From the NCBI GenBank assembly GCA_963813135.1, contig CAWEXY010000022.1:1-64000 (forward strand): a stretch of 64,000 nt of DNA, in the 5' to 3' direction. The notes beneath the pieces are model-generated. The model was not told the DNA's origin. It was given only the letters and a program-made list of their open reading frames with translations, and did no database searches. This stretch comes from an uncultured Verrucomicrobiae bacterium (GTDB lineage Bacteria; Chlamydiota; Chlamydiia; Chlamydiales; Rhabdochlamydiaceae). This document shows, in pieces, positions 53,052-62,739 of this stretch. The translations under genes were made by a program, and so were the position numbers. The stretch's first letter is position 1. The number at the start of each line of letters is the position of its first letter.

Positions 53052-54305
53052 TTATTGTCCTGTTATAGGAGGTACAACATCCTGCGGAGGATAATATGTT
53101 ACTGTTCCGTCCGTGCCGTTGTAGGCCCGGACATTGGCTGTGCCGCCAAACTCCAATGTCTGCAGACCATAAATATCGATCGTGCCGCCGTTGCCGCTGG
53201 AGACGCCGCCTCCGCTGCTAGTTCTGCCGTTGCATATGGTCATTTGATTCGCAAAAACCGAGATCGCGCCCCCATTGCCTTGTAAAACAGCATCGGCATA
53301 AATGCGCGCAGTCGGTTCCACGGTTGTATTGTCGGCATTGAGAATAGAAGGATCGGTCCCCATAGGACTTCCGCCGATATAGATAGTGCCGCCTCCGTTG
53401 TAGCCTGCGGCAAGGATCGTTCCGCTCACATCGACAGTTTGCCCTAAGACCTGGACCATTCCGCCGGTGTTGTCGGAATTTTTAGCGACGATGCTGCCCG
53501 AACAATCGGTCGAGCCGCCGGCAGCTTCGAAAATCACAGATGTCGGAGTGCCGTTTTGGCCTGCGCCGACAATATAACCGGTGTGGTTGATCGCCATACT
53601 GTAGATATTGCCGTCGGCCCGCAGTTCCGTGCGCAGCGCCGTGATATAGTCTTCACTGGCGATGCCGGTCCCGCCCACGGATGCGGCGGTGGGCACGATC
53701 GTGATCCGCTGGTCATTGGCCGGGGTTAAAATGACCTGGAGACCCGCGCCAAGGGAGACATTGCCCTGCTCGGCATAGATGGGGGCCGAACTGTCGATCT
53801 GATACCCGATCAGGATCGAGTCGCCGGCATTCGAGACGATTTGTCCCATATGGGTGATCGCCGCCGTCGAACTGCCTGAAAATGTCATGCTTACCCCGGC
53901 CAAAAAAGAGGCGTTATCGACATCGAGGGTAGAGCCGACGAACTGTCCGACTTGAATTTTCCCCGTAGGGGTGATCAGAATTCCGTTGGGGTTGATTAGA
54001 TAGACCTGTCCGTTGCTGCTCAGCAGGCCCTTAATAGAAGTGGCGGCCTCACTAGTCACCCGGTTCAAAATAGCTGATGTCGTCTGCGGTAGGGTGATTT
54101 GTGTGAGCTCAGCTAGTTCTATAGAAAAATTTTCCCAATCGACAATGGCCCGGTCCGAAGTGCTTGTAATCTTGAGTGTGTTTGCAGTTGGGCTATCGAA
54201 CGTAACGTCGCCAGAGACGACCGTTGGATTACTCGGGTTTGTATAGAGAATAGAAGCTGAAAAAAAGGCAGCACAGAGTCCAAACTTTTTCATAAATGAC
54301 CTCAT
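53052..54305 (-). CDS. Short TpsA-like protein (haemagglutinin domain only)
   Basis: Signal peptide; WENFSI, ILNRVT, VYLINPNG and GNGG repeats. Confidence 0.85.
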   Translation of the reverse strand: MRSFMKKFGLCAAFFSASILYTNPSNPTVVSGDVTFDSPTANTLKITSTSDRAIVDWENFSIELAELTQITLPQTTSAILNRVTSEAATSIKGLLSSNGQVYLINPNGILITPTGKIQVGQFVGSTLDVDNASFLAGVSMTFSGSSTAAITHMGQIVSNAGDSILIGYQIDSSAPIYAEQGNVSLGAGLQVILTPANDQRITIVPTAASVGGTGIASEDYITALRTELRADGNIYSMAINHTGYIVGAGQNGTPTSVIFEAAGGSTDCSGSIVAKNSDNTGGMVQVLGQTVDVSGTILAAGYNGGGTIYIGGSPMGTDPSILNADNTTVEPTARIYADAVLQGNGGAISVFANQMTICNGRTSSGGGVSSGNGGTIDIYGLQTLEFGGTANVRAYNGTDGTVTYYPPQDVVPPITGQ

Positions 54306-54357
54306 ATGATTTCTGATAAGAAGTTTTTGAAATTAAGTCAAATTTATATAGACATTT

Positions 54358-55392
54358 TTAAATTTCTTTTTCTTTGGTGGACAATTCGCGGACTTGCGTG
54401 TCAACGGGAGCCGTGTCGATCAGCTCATCGGAAGCAGAGGCCGCTCCCATCTCATGGAACTTGCGAGCAGAGGATAGGACGCGCGTTTCCAACGACCCTG
54501 TCGCCTTATTATAAGAGTCGACTGCCGCTGTGAGCGATTTGCCCAAGCGCATCCAATGCCCTTGAAGATCGCACAGGCGCTTATAGAGCTCTCCGCCTAG
54601 CTTCTGCACTTCTTCGGCATGGCGCGATAGGCTCTCTTGCTTCCAACCGTACGCTACAGCCCGAAGGAGGGCGATCAGCGTGGTCGGGGTGGCTAAAATG
54701 ACATTCTGGACCGCTCCGACGTCGATGAGCGACGGGTCGTGCTCTAATGCGGCCCCAAAGACTGTTTCGGAGGGAAGGAAAAGGATCACAAACTCCGGCG
54801 CTGGATTGAAATGATCCCAGTAGGCTTTGCGGCTAAGCAGTACGATATGCTGGCGCAGCTGCCGCGCATGATCTTTCATCTTTTGATGGCGCACAGCGTC
54901 ATCTGTTGCTTCGATAGCTTCTAAGTAAGCTTCGAGGGGCACTTTGGAATCGACGACCACTTGACGGTCGCCAGGAAGGCGCACGATAAGATCGGGACGA
55001 TGGCGCCCTTCTTCATTGGAATGCACAGCCTGCTCAAAAAAATCGCAGTGGGAGAGCATGCCGGCCAGCTCGACAACACGGCGGAGCTGGATCTCCCCCC
55101 ATCTGCCGCGGCCGACCGGAGAGCGGAGGGCTTTGACGAGGTTCGCGGTCTCTTTTTTCAGCTCGCGGTCGGTCTCTACAAGAGTTGTGAGCTCATGATG
55201 GATGGAGCCGTAATCGCTTTTGCGCTCATTCTCAAAGTGGTGGAGCTGCTGCTCCAACCGCTGCATGGCCCCTAAGACGGCTTCTTGCTGCTTGCTCAGG
55301 GCGCCCTCGCGGACCACAAGTTTTTGATAACGGACAAAGACCCACAGGAGAAGTCCTACGGCCAGCCCTAAAAGAATGAAAAGATAAGTCAC
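54358..55392 (-). CDS. rmuC: DNA recombination protein RmuC
   Basis: RGRWGEIQL, RPDLIVRLPG, VDSKVPL and ATPTTLIALL. Confidence 0.95.
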   Translation of the reverse strand: MTYLFILLGLAVGLLLWVFVRYQKLVVREGALSKQQEAVLGAMQRLEQQLHHFENERKSDYGSIHHELTTLVETDRELKKETANLVKALRSPVGRGRWGEIQLRRVVELAGMLSHCDFFEQAVHSNEEGRHRPDLIVRLPGDRQVVVDSKVPLEAYLEAIEATDDAVRHQKMKDHARQLRQHIVLLSRKAYWDHFNPAPEFVILFLPSETVFGAALEHDPSLIDVGAVQNVILATPTTLIALLRAVAYGWKQESLSRHAEEVQKLGGELYKRLCDLQGHWMRLGKSLTAAVDSYNKATGSLETRVLSSARKFHEMGAASASDELIDTAPVDTQVRELSTKEKEI

Positions 55393-56222
55393 TCGCCGTC
55401 CTCATCTTCCGGCTCAAAGTCTTCGAGCGTCTTCGATTTTTTGCCAGCGATGAGCCGTATAATAGAAAGGATCCACCCCAAAACGATGTACCCCCAGCTG
55501 ATCACGAGGAGGGTAAGGGGGAAGAAATGGAGGACGCCGTAGATCAAAATGATCGCCAAGACCACGGTCATGAGCACGAGATGAAAAGAAGGCACGCGGA
55601 AATGGAGTACTTTGAGACTGGGGAACTTCCAACGGCTGATCATGAAAAACCCTAGCACAATCATCGCCGAGCTGAGGATGATGGCGATGGTGGCTGAAGA
55701 AAATTGCAAAAATTGCTGCACCTCTGGCGAGGCAAAGAAGAGATTGATAGAAACGGCTGCAATCGCCGCGGCATCGATCGGAAGGCCGGTAAAGTTCTTC
55801 TTTTGCGCGATAACCTCTTCGGGCCCTTTAGGCTGGGCGGCCTTCACGTTGAATCGGACCAGCCGCAGCACCCCGCAGATCGAATAGAGCATGGCGCCTA
55901 TGATGGCGAACAAAGATAGTCCTGACCCCTGCTCGAGCGACAGCCCTTTCAAGAGTAGGACCGAGGGGGCTACCCCAAAGGAGATCGCATCGGCCAAGGA
56001 ATCGAAGATGACGCCAAACTCGCTTTCCGCACGAATAATGCGGGCCACCGCGCCGTCCAAAAGATCGGCAAAGGCGGCAACGAGGAGCAATAAAAGAGAT
56101 GTATAAAGGACATGGTAGCTCCCAGCCCCGGGTTCGACCATGTTGATTTTGAAAATGACAAAGAGACCGCAGGCAAGGCCAAAGGCGGTGATCGCGTTAG
56201 GAATGAGGAAAACCTTCTTCAC
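55389..56222 (-). CDS. pssA: CDP-diacylglycerol--serine O-phosphatidyltransferase
   Basis: IPNAIT, DLLDGAVAR...SEFG..FDSLADAISFGVAP, RLVRFN and FTGLP. Confidence 0.9.
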   Translation of the reverse strand: MKKVFLIPNAITAFGLACGLFVIFKINMVEPGAGSYHVLYTSLLLLLVAAFADLLDGAVARIIRAESEFGVIFDSLADAISFGVAPSVLLLKGLSLEQGSGLSLFAIIGAMLYSICGVLRLVRFNVKAAQPKGPEEVIAQKKNFTGLPIDAAAIAAVSINLFFASPEVQQFLQFSSATIAIILSSAMIVLGFFMISRWKFPSLKVLHFRVPSFHLVLMTVVLAIILIYGVLHFFPLTLLVISWGYIVLGWILSIIRLIAGKKSKTLEDFEPEDEDGE

Positions 56223-56261
56223 TCCTCCAATCTACCACATTTCCGATAAAAGAAAAGGCCC

Positions 56262-56885
56262 TTAAGGGCCTCCAAAGAAATGTTTATCGAAGAGGCCAGA
56301 AGAATAATTCAGGCTAAAAAGAGACGAATTTAAAATTGTTTTTCCCGAAGCCTCGAATGTTTGCGTCGAAGAACAGCCCGAAGGCGCGTCTCGGCTTACG
56401 CCCTCTGCAGTCGAGGAGGAAGTATCTTTTTTTTCTTCTTTGTTTGTGTTAGGATTTTTCGGATCTAAATTGGCCGAGCCTTCCTTTTCTGGCGTAAAGT
56501 AAGATGTCGATGTACGATCGCCGTCGCATTCCCATTTATACTTTGCTTCAGGATTGTTGAGCAGCTGCATCAACGAAACACGATCGCCGTTCATATCATA
56601 AAGATAGACAAGCTTGCCTTTTTCTCCGGTGCTCTCCATCGTGACTTGTATCTTTGAGAATCCCGATTCTAAGACTTTAATGCTTTTCATAAACTCTGCA
56701 GGCAACTCTCCCTTTCCGGCCCATGCTTTCAGACGCTGATAGAATTGGATTCTTTCAGCCGTAGACATGCTGTCAGTGCCCATTCTGTCCGAATTGCTGC
56801 TCGCATAGTTGTATATTTCCAATGCCCTTGATGTGGTCTGGAGAAGCGAACTTCCAGTTAATTTCTCTAAATATGCGTATGTCAT
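56262..56885 (-). CDS. Hypothetical protein
   Basis: 207 aa with AGAGG RBS; no family recognised. Confidence 0.65.
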   Translation of the reverse strand: MTYAYLEKLTGSSLLQTTSRALEIYNYASSNSDRMGTDSMSTAERIQFYQRLKAWAGKGELPAEFMKSIKVLESGFSKIQVTMESTGEKGKLVYLYDMNGDRVSLMQLLNNPEAKYKWECDGDRTSTSYFTPEKEGSANLDPKNPNTNKEEKKDTSSSTAEGVSRDAPSGCSSTQTFEASGKTILNSSLFSLNYSSGLFDKHFFGGP

Positions 56886-56990
56886 AATATTTATTACCTC
56901 TTTTTATAATCTTACAAAATCTCTAATTATAATTTAACATGTTACGAATATTAACTCAAGATATTATTTGAATACATAAGAGACTGATAA

Positions 56991-57389
56991 TCAGCCTTTT
57001 AAGTGTGTTTCAGGAGGAGTGGAACGCCTCTTTTTTTTACGCTCAGGCTTAGGAGGATAGATCTCCTGTTTCTTTTCGCGCACAACCTGTTGAAGATTAG
57101 CGACCTGCTCTCGCTCTTGGGGGGTAAGAGAAGAAGTTTTAAGCAGCTCTTGCCAAAGGGCTTGCGGCGCTTTACCGCTTTCTTTTGCTGCGTCTTGCGC
57201 CAAACTGTCGAGCTCGCCGAGAAGCCAGACAATCTCGCGCCGGGCCTTTTCTTTGACCTTATCGTCCGAAGAAAAGAAGTCTTTTTGCAGCCGAGGGATT
57301 TCCGGGAGAATGAGCTGCATGGCCTTTCGAAGGCGCTCTAAGCCCTTTTCCGTAATATTATGAAGCTTGTCGTCTAAAGGATAGCTCAT
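56991..57389 (-). CDS. Small helical hypothetical protein, apparent paralog of 59247-59657
   Basis: SSDDKVKEKA...SGKAP..L; basic Pro-rich tail; start uncertain. Confidence 0.6.
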   Translation of the reverse strand: MSYPLDDKLHNITEKGLERLRKAMQLILPEIPRLQKDFFSSDDKVKEKARREIVWLLGELDSLAQDAAKESGKAPQALWQELLKTSSLTPQEREQVANLQQVVREKKQEIYPPKPERKKKRRSTPPETHLKG

Positions 57390-59154
57390 CAATTTTCCTA
57401 TAATCAATTTTTCCGTTCGGAAGCAAGGGAAAGGTTGCAGCGTGGATAATTTCTTGGACGCGGTAGAGATTGCTCAGGCCCAGTTCCCGGATGCGGGCGT
57501 TGATTTCTTGCAGATCGAGCGGCTGATTGGCGACGAGGATTAAATGGGGATGGTGGGGAGGATCTTCGCGAAAGGTCAATGCGAGGAGAAGCTGAGGATC
57601 TCGCAGGGCATCTATCAGCAGATGTTCTACCATCGTTAAACTGATGAGTTCGCCGCCGATTTTCAGACTGCGGCTTTGCCGTCCCATAAGAATGAGAGAG
57701 CCTTTCTCTAATTTGCCGATATCTCCAGTGATAAACCATCGTTTATTATCCCGCGCGAAGAAAGGCTTTTTTCCATTATGGAGATATCCCGCAAAAACAT
57801 TGGGTCCATGAGCGGCGACGATACCGACTTCGCCTGCGGGTAGAAAATCCTGCGTATCGGGATGGACAATCGCAACCTCCACCCCAGGCAGAGGGAGGCC
57901 TACGCCTGAAGCCTTTTCATTCCTTTGCAGCGTGAGGATCGGCGAGCATTCGGTAAGCCCATATCCTTCGAGCAGCTGGATCGGCGCTGCTTTTTCCCGC
58001 AAATACCCGGGGGCCTTTTCAGCTCCTACAATGGCCAGGCGCACGCTTTTTTTCTCTTCCCCCGTCGCCGTATCGAGAAGAATGCGAAGGAATGTCGGAG
58101 TGCTGCAGAGGATGGTTGCTTGATACCGGAGCATCGAGGCGCTATGCCCTTTAAAATCGAGGAGCTGAGGATTGAGCACGACGCGAAGCCCCGCCAAAAT
58201 GGGAAAAATATGGGTGAGGGAAAAGCCAAAAATATGGAATGGGGGCAGAATACCTAGCATCACATCTTCCGAGCTTAAAGAAACGGCCTGAAGCGCCGCA
58301 CGCTCATTGCTCAGAATATTGCGGTGCGAGAGCGGCACGCCTTTGGGCTTATCTTCAGTTCCGCTCGTAAAGAGAAGAATGGCTGTTTCTTCGGGGGATA
58401 ACTTTTTCAATTGGAAATGGTGCAATATGTCCTCAGCGCTCCGACGTGTAAGTTTAAGCGCTGAAAGTTTTTCATGCGGCCCCAGCTTGAGAAAACTTTC
58501 AATGGATTCTGCTTCGAAAGGAAGCTCGTAAGGTAAGTGCTTTAAAAAGGGTCCAGCGGAAAATACTATGTTAAGGTCGGCCAGCTCGCACACCTCTTTC
58601 AAATGGCGGGGGCCCAGCGACCAATTGAGCATGACGGGAACCTTTTGGGCGAGCCAGAGGGCGCCTACGACAACAAGCCAATTGGTCGAGGACGGAAGCA
58701 TAACGCCGATACGCTCATCTTTTATCTTTCGAAACTCCTCAGCCAGCCCGATGGCGAGGGAAAGCAATCGGGTATAAGTCATAAGGGTCTCAGGATCAGC
58801 GGCTGCCGCTTCATCTCCCCGCTCCTTGCAGCTGCGAATGAAAACCTCCACCAAGGTCTCCCCTATAGGCATGGCGAGGGGTTTTCGGTTTCCCCGCCAC
58901 CTTTTGACCTTGCGCTGGTCGATATCCTCATGCAACTGGAAGACTTTTCGACCCCTGGCCACATTGCAGACATCCTGCACCGTTCGAAGGTTTTCGAAAG
59001 TCGCGGCATGCCCAAAGTCCTTTTCTAGGATAACGACGAGCTCTGTGACATCGAGCGAATCGAGCCCTAAGTCTTCATAGAGGTCCATTTCGGGCTGAAT
59101 TTTCTCTATGGAAACATGGGACAGCCGCGCCAGCTCCCGCAATATTTGATCCAT
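57358..59154 (-). CDS. Acyl-carrier-protein plus AMP-dependent acyl ligase fusion (Aas-like)
   Basis: N-terminal DLGLDSLD phosphopantetheine site; LFTSGTEDKPKG, EGYGLTE, TGDIG and LPNGKIDY. Confidence 0.88.
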   Translation of the reverse strand: MDQILRELARLSHVSIEKIQPEMDLYEDLGLDSLDVTELVVILEKDFGHAATFENLRTVQDVCNVARGRKVFQLHEDIDQRKVKRWRGNRKPLAMPIGETLVEVFIRSCKERGDEAAAADPETLMTYTRLLSLAIGLAEEFRKIKDERIGVMLPSSTNWLVVVGALWLAQKVPVMLNWSLGPRHLKEVCELADLNIVFSAGPFLKHLPYELPFEAESIESFLKLGPHEKLSALKLTRRSAEDILHHFQLKKLSPEETAILLFTSGTEDKPKGVPLSHRNILSNERAALQAVSLSSEDVMLGILPPFHIFGFSLTHIFPILAGLRVVLNPQLLDFKGHSASMLRYQATILCSTPTFLRILLDTATGEEKKSVRLAIVGAEKAPGYLREKAAPIQLLEGYGLTECSPILTLQRNEKASGVGLPLPGVEVAIVHPDTQDFLPAGEVGIVAAHGPNVFAGYLHNGKKPFFARDNKRWFITGDIGKLEKGSLILMGRQSRSLKIGGELISLTMVEHLLIDALRDPQLLLALTFREDPPHHPHLILVANQPLDLQEINARIRELGLSNLYRVQEIIHAATFPLLPNGKIDYRKIDELSFRRQAS

Positions 59155-59197
59155 AATCTGCGTATAACTCCCTAAGGCTAAGTTGTAAAGATTTTAT

Positions 59198-59226
59198 TTG
59201 AATTTTGCTGAGTTTTCTGCTATTAT
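59198..59226 (+). promoter_or_regulatory. Putative sigma70/66 promoter
   Basis: TTGAAT-17 bp-TATTAT with an extended TG. Confidence 0.45.
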
Positions 59227-59246
59227 AAAGAGTAGGGAGATCCTAT

Positions 59247-59657
59247 ATGACGAGAAACATCCTTGAAAAATTTGATGAGCTCTTTGGCGATCTCGATAAG
59301 ATGACACCTCAAAAAGTCGAAATGCTCGTCCATGAGACCCTAAAATTCTTTGAACATCTCAAAACGCAGCTCACCTCCGGCGATGAAAAAACGCGCAAAG
59401 AGGCGCTCGATACGGCCGTAGAGCTGCAAAAAAAGCTGGAAGCGTTCTCTAAAAAAGCATTAGAAAAATCGGGAATGACGCCCGAGCAGCTCCAAAAATT
59501 CATCACGTCCCCTTCGAATTTCTCTTCCGATGAATGGAATGCCTTCCAAAGCTCCCAAAAAGAGATCTCTGACTTTGAAAAAATGCATCCGGGAAAAAAA
59601 GACGAACGCCCCCCGCGTCCTCCCCGCATTAAACAACCCAAACCTACAAAGATTTAA
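59247..59657 (+). CDS. Small helical hypothetical protein
   Basis: GGGAG RBS; SGDEKTRKEA...SGMTPEQL; basic Pro-rich tail. Confidence 0.75.
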   Translation: MTRNILEKFDELFGDLDKMTPQKVEMLVHETLKFFEHLKTQLTSGDEKTRKEALDTAVELQKKLEAFSKKALEKSGMTPEQLQKFITSPSNFSSDEWNAFQSSQKEISDFEKMHPGKKDERPPRPPRIKQPKPTKI

Positions 59658-59662
59658 ATTCT

Positions 59663-60601
59663 ATGGATAAGATACGCCCAGATTCTTCGATGCCCCCTGT
59701 TTCTCAACCAGGACCGTCGTCTTCTCCTCAGACGCGATGGTCTGCCGCAGGCGCACACTTGGGCGGACGGCTGGCTATCGATGCCAAAATGATATCTGAA
59801 ACTATTTTCCCTACAGAGCAAACGCAAGAACAAAGATATGCTGAGACTTCCATCGAAATATTCTACTTATTAGCTCAATTGAAAGAACTGCTTAAAGACC
59901 CCGCAAAAAACAAAGCAAAGATTGACGAAATTTATAAAAAATTTGATGAGTTATCAAAAGGTCCTGATATTTTTGATAAGGACATTACTTTTTTTCATGA
60001 GGGCAAAGAACATAGCTTTAACATGAAAAATATCATCAATATTGTTTTTGCTAATAGAAATAATTGGATCGCAAATCCCGATCTCTTCAATGATGCTTGG
60101 TCAAAAGGAGCGCCCCCGCTCATGTTATGCGCCCTGGCGCTTGTCGAATATAAAGGCTCCGGCATGGATATGAGTCTTTCTAATACCGATCCTCATGCGA
60201 CGGAAAAGTTTGTCCGCATGTGCCTGATCATGGCAGCGATCGATACCACGAAAGGCGGCTCAGGCACGGACAGCAGCTTTTGGGGCTGGGCGTCCAGCTT
60301 TGGCAATTTCGCCGATGTTTTCCCAGACATGCTCATGGTCTATCTCTATGACAAATATATCAAAAACGACACCCCTGAAGAATGGGCTAAATTCCAGAAA
60401 GAATTCAGTGATATCGTCAATATGCTCCCCAAGCCCGATGCGAGCACCCCTAGCTACGAAAAGGCCTATAAGGAGCTGCAAAATTGGATGAAAGATTCAG
60501 ACTCTTGGGAGTCTTGGGATGATTTACCCGTAGGCTACCCGCGCGACTTTATTACAGGCGATGTTGGCTATCCTCTTTGGAACGAATGGCGCAGAAAATA
60601 A
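59663..60601 (+). CDS. Hypothetical protein, candidate type III substrate
   Basis: Ser/Pro-rich disordered N-terminus; helical body. Confidence 0.7.
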   Translation: MDKIRPDSSMPPVSQPGPSSSPQTRWSAAGAHLGGRLAIDAKMISETIFPTEQTQEQRYAETSIEIFYLLAQLKELLKDPAKNKAKIDEIYKKFDELSKGPDIFDKDITFFHEGKEHSFNMKNIINIVFANRNNWIANPDLFNDAWSKGAPPLMLCALALVEYKGSGMDMSLSNTDPHATEKFVRMCLIMAAIDTTKGGSGTDSSFWGWASSFGNFADVFPDMLMVYLYDKYIKNDTPEEWAKFQKEFSDIVNMLPKPDASTPSYEKAYKELQNWMKDSDSWESWDDLPVGYPRDFITGDVGYPLWNEWRRK

Positions 60602-60677
60602 GCCGTTTATTCTAAGTCACTTACATAACCTTCTCATTTTTAGTCATTTACAATCTTATATCAAGTAAATTATTTCT

Positions 60678-60707
60678 TTGACATTATCAGACATTCTATG
60701 CTAAAAT
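60678..60707 (+). promoter_or_regulatory. Putative sigma70/66 promoter
   Basis: TTGACA-18 bp-TAAAAT with an extended TG. Confidence 0.6.
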
Positions 60708-60751
60708 TAGTGTTGGGAAGGTAGAGCTTTATTAGAAATGCTCACAAAAAG

Positions 60752-62203
60752 GTGGAACAAACAATTATGAACGAAATTAAAAACTTAACGATAGAACAGC
60801 AACCGATCTTCAACTTAGCGGAAGACGCCAACGACGACATCGAACTTGGCTTGGCCCTTTTAGGTCTTTCGGCGGTTCAGCTTAGCCGCACAGCTAAGAC
60901 GAGCCTGGGCGCTTCTGTCGATGAAGACGTATCCGTTAAAGGTAAAGATTGGGACTACACATGGAGCGACAATAAAGATTGGGGATACATGGGCGCTGCG
61001 GCCAGCGGTCCCCGTTTCGACCCTAATGATAAAGATTTCCCTTTCGATCCTGAGTTCGACCCGAACAACGTGAAGAAGATGATTTGGCAAATCCAGCAGA
61101 TGATCGCTTGGATGAAAGCCAATAACATGAACCTGAACGCGGTTCCTAAGCTACTCGCCTTCTTCCAAAGTATGGGAGAGCAGTGGTCAAACATGTCTGT
61201 CGAAGATCGGGCAAAACTTTCAGCTACATTAGGCAGCCTCTTATCTGCCAATGGCCAAGACCTTTGTAAATTGCTTATCGATGCCATGGTCCAAGGAGCC
61301 TATTATAGAAACGGCGGCGGCGACAATGGCAGGGCGGAAGCTAGAAAAGTGGCCAAAGACTTGATGGACCTGTTTGCAGGCTATAGCTATATAGACAACC
61401 CATGGTTCCAAAAGTTTTTCGACTCGGCTAGATGGGCTTATGACCACATCGACTCGCTCATAGATAAAATGAGCTATGAAAGATGGACGATCGGTTATGA
61501 AGGCCGATGGGGAAGATTTTGGAACGATTCCAACGGCGATAACTGGATCAACCAGTTCTATCAGCAGCAAATTGCAGACATCATGAAACTGGGCAACCCG
61601 GAACTGATCGTGTTCATGCTCATGAACTTGATGCTCAACCGCGATGACGACGGCCAAACTGCCTTGGGCGGCCTGGGCTCCGTCAACGAGCGCCTGACTG
61701 TATACGTCGATAAGATCCGAAAACTTTCAGCCGATTTCCGATCAGGAAATTGGACTGAGTCAAAAGCTAAAGAATTCTGTGAAACTTTAGAAGATCTTGG
61801 ATTCTTGATCGATAACAACCCGAACCTGGATGCGATCAAAGGCCAGATTAACGGTGCTATCGGGTTCTTCATGAACGCTGAGGTACCTGTTGGAGACGGA
61901 ACGTTTACGACTGTTGGAGAACTGATGAAGAAAGGCGACTTCGGCAAAATCGCGAAATTCTTCAACGACCAGATGCCGAAACCTGACGTCCTCGATGGCC
62001 AGTGGGAGTTCTATAACGGCGCCAACCAGTCGCTTTCCGACATGGGTTCCGCGGTATCGGGCATCTCGCAGCTGACCGGACAAACGATGAACACGATGCA
62101 AGGTACGAACCAGCAGCGTGAAGCCTTTATCAGTGCGTACTTGAAAGGTCTGACGGACCTCATGAGCCGCATTAGCAGTAACTCAAGAGCAAGTAAAAAC
62201 TAA
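60752..62203 (+). CDS. Hypothetical helical protein, candidate T3SS tip/filament-like
   Basis: C-terminal Gln/Ser-rich amphipathic helix; first gene of the operon with the translocator-like gene. Confidence 0.6.
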   Translation: MEQTIMNEIKNLTIEQQPIFNLAEDANDDIELGLALLGLSAVQLSRTAKTSLGASVDEDVSVKGKDWDYTWSDNKDWGYMGAAASGPRFDPNDKDFPFDPEFDPNNVKKMIWQIQQMIAWMKANNMNLNAVPKLLAFFQSMGEQWSNMSVEDRAKLSATLGSLLSANGQDLCKLLIDAMVQGAYYRNGGGDNGRAEARKVAKDLMDLFAGYSYIDNPWFQKFFDSARWAYDHIDSLIDKMSYERWTIGYEGRWGRFWNDSNGDNWINQFYQQQIADIMKLGNPELIVFMLMNLMLNRDDDGQTALGGLGSVNERLTVYVDKIRKLSADFRSGNWTESKAKEFCETLEDLGFLIDNNPNLDAIKGQINGAIGFFMNAEVPVGDGTFTTVGELMKKGDFGKIAKFFNDQMPKPDVLDGQWEFYNGANQSLSDMGSAVSGISQLTGQTMNTMQGTNQQREAFISAYLKGLTDLMSRISSNSRASKN

Positions 62204-62216
62204 ACGAGGTAAAAAT

Positions 62217-62735
62217 ATGACTATCGAAATTAAAATTGATTCTTCCAGTCTCGCAGACGCCAAGGAACGCCTTTTTGGCGACCTGTCTAGCGGAACCGCC
62301 GGGGCTTCCGGAGGCCATGCGCTAGCAGCAGGATGCGCAATGCTCCTCATCGCTCTCTACGGTCTGCAGTCAGAGATTGCCCTGTCGAGCGCTAAAGCGG
62401 CTGAATATAAGTCGCAGCTGGCGGATGCTATTCAGAAAAAACTCGACGGTATCCTGGCGAAAACGAAACCTGAGAACAACCCTGCCTTGGCAGCGCTCGA
62501 TAATAAAGACGCGAGCACGCAAGACAAGGAAAAGGCCCAAAGAGCGCTGGACGATTTGCAGCGCGAGTACAGCAACGAACAGAGCCGAGGCCAGAAAGAG
62601 CAAGAAAAGGTCAGCCTGAGCTCTAACGTCCTTCAGGGATATATGAGCCAGCAGTCCCAAGGTATGCAGGCCTTCATTAAATTAATTGAAGCGCTCAATC
62701 CGGGCTTCTTATCCAACCTATTGGCGAGAGGTTAA
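62217..62735 (+). CDS. Small coiled-coil secreted-type protein (EspA/SseB/DUF720-like pattern)
   Basis: Short hydrophobic helix then Gln-rich coiled coil; GAGG RBS. Confidence 0.55.
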   Translation: MTIEIKIDSSSLADAKERLFGDLSSGTAGASGGHALAAGCAMLLIALYGLQSEIALSSAKAAEYKSQLADAIQKKLDGILAKTKPENNPALAALDNKDASTQDKEKAQRALDDLQREYSNEQSRGQKEQEKVSLSSNVLQGYMSQQSQGMQAFIKLIEALNPGFLSNLLARG

Positions 62736-62739
62736 TCAC

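Noticed and set aside
57358..59154. NRPS/PKS cluster
   Set aside because: No condensation, ketosynthase or thioesterase domains nearby; the ligase is Aas-like
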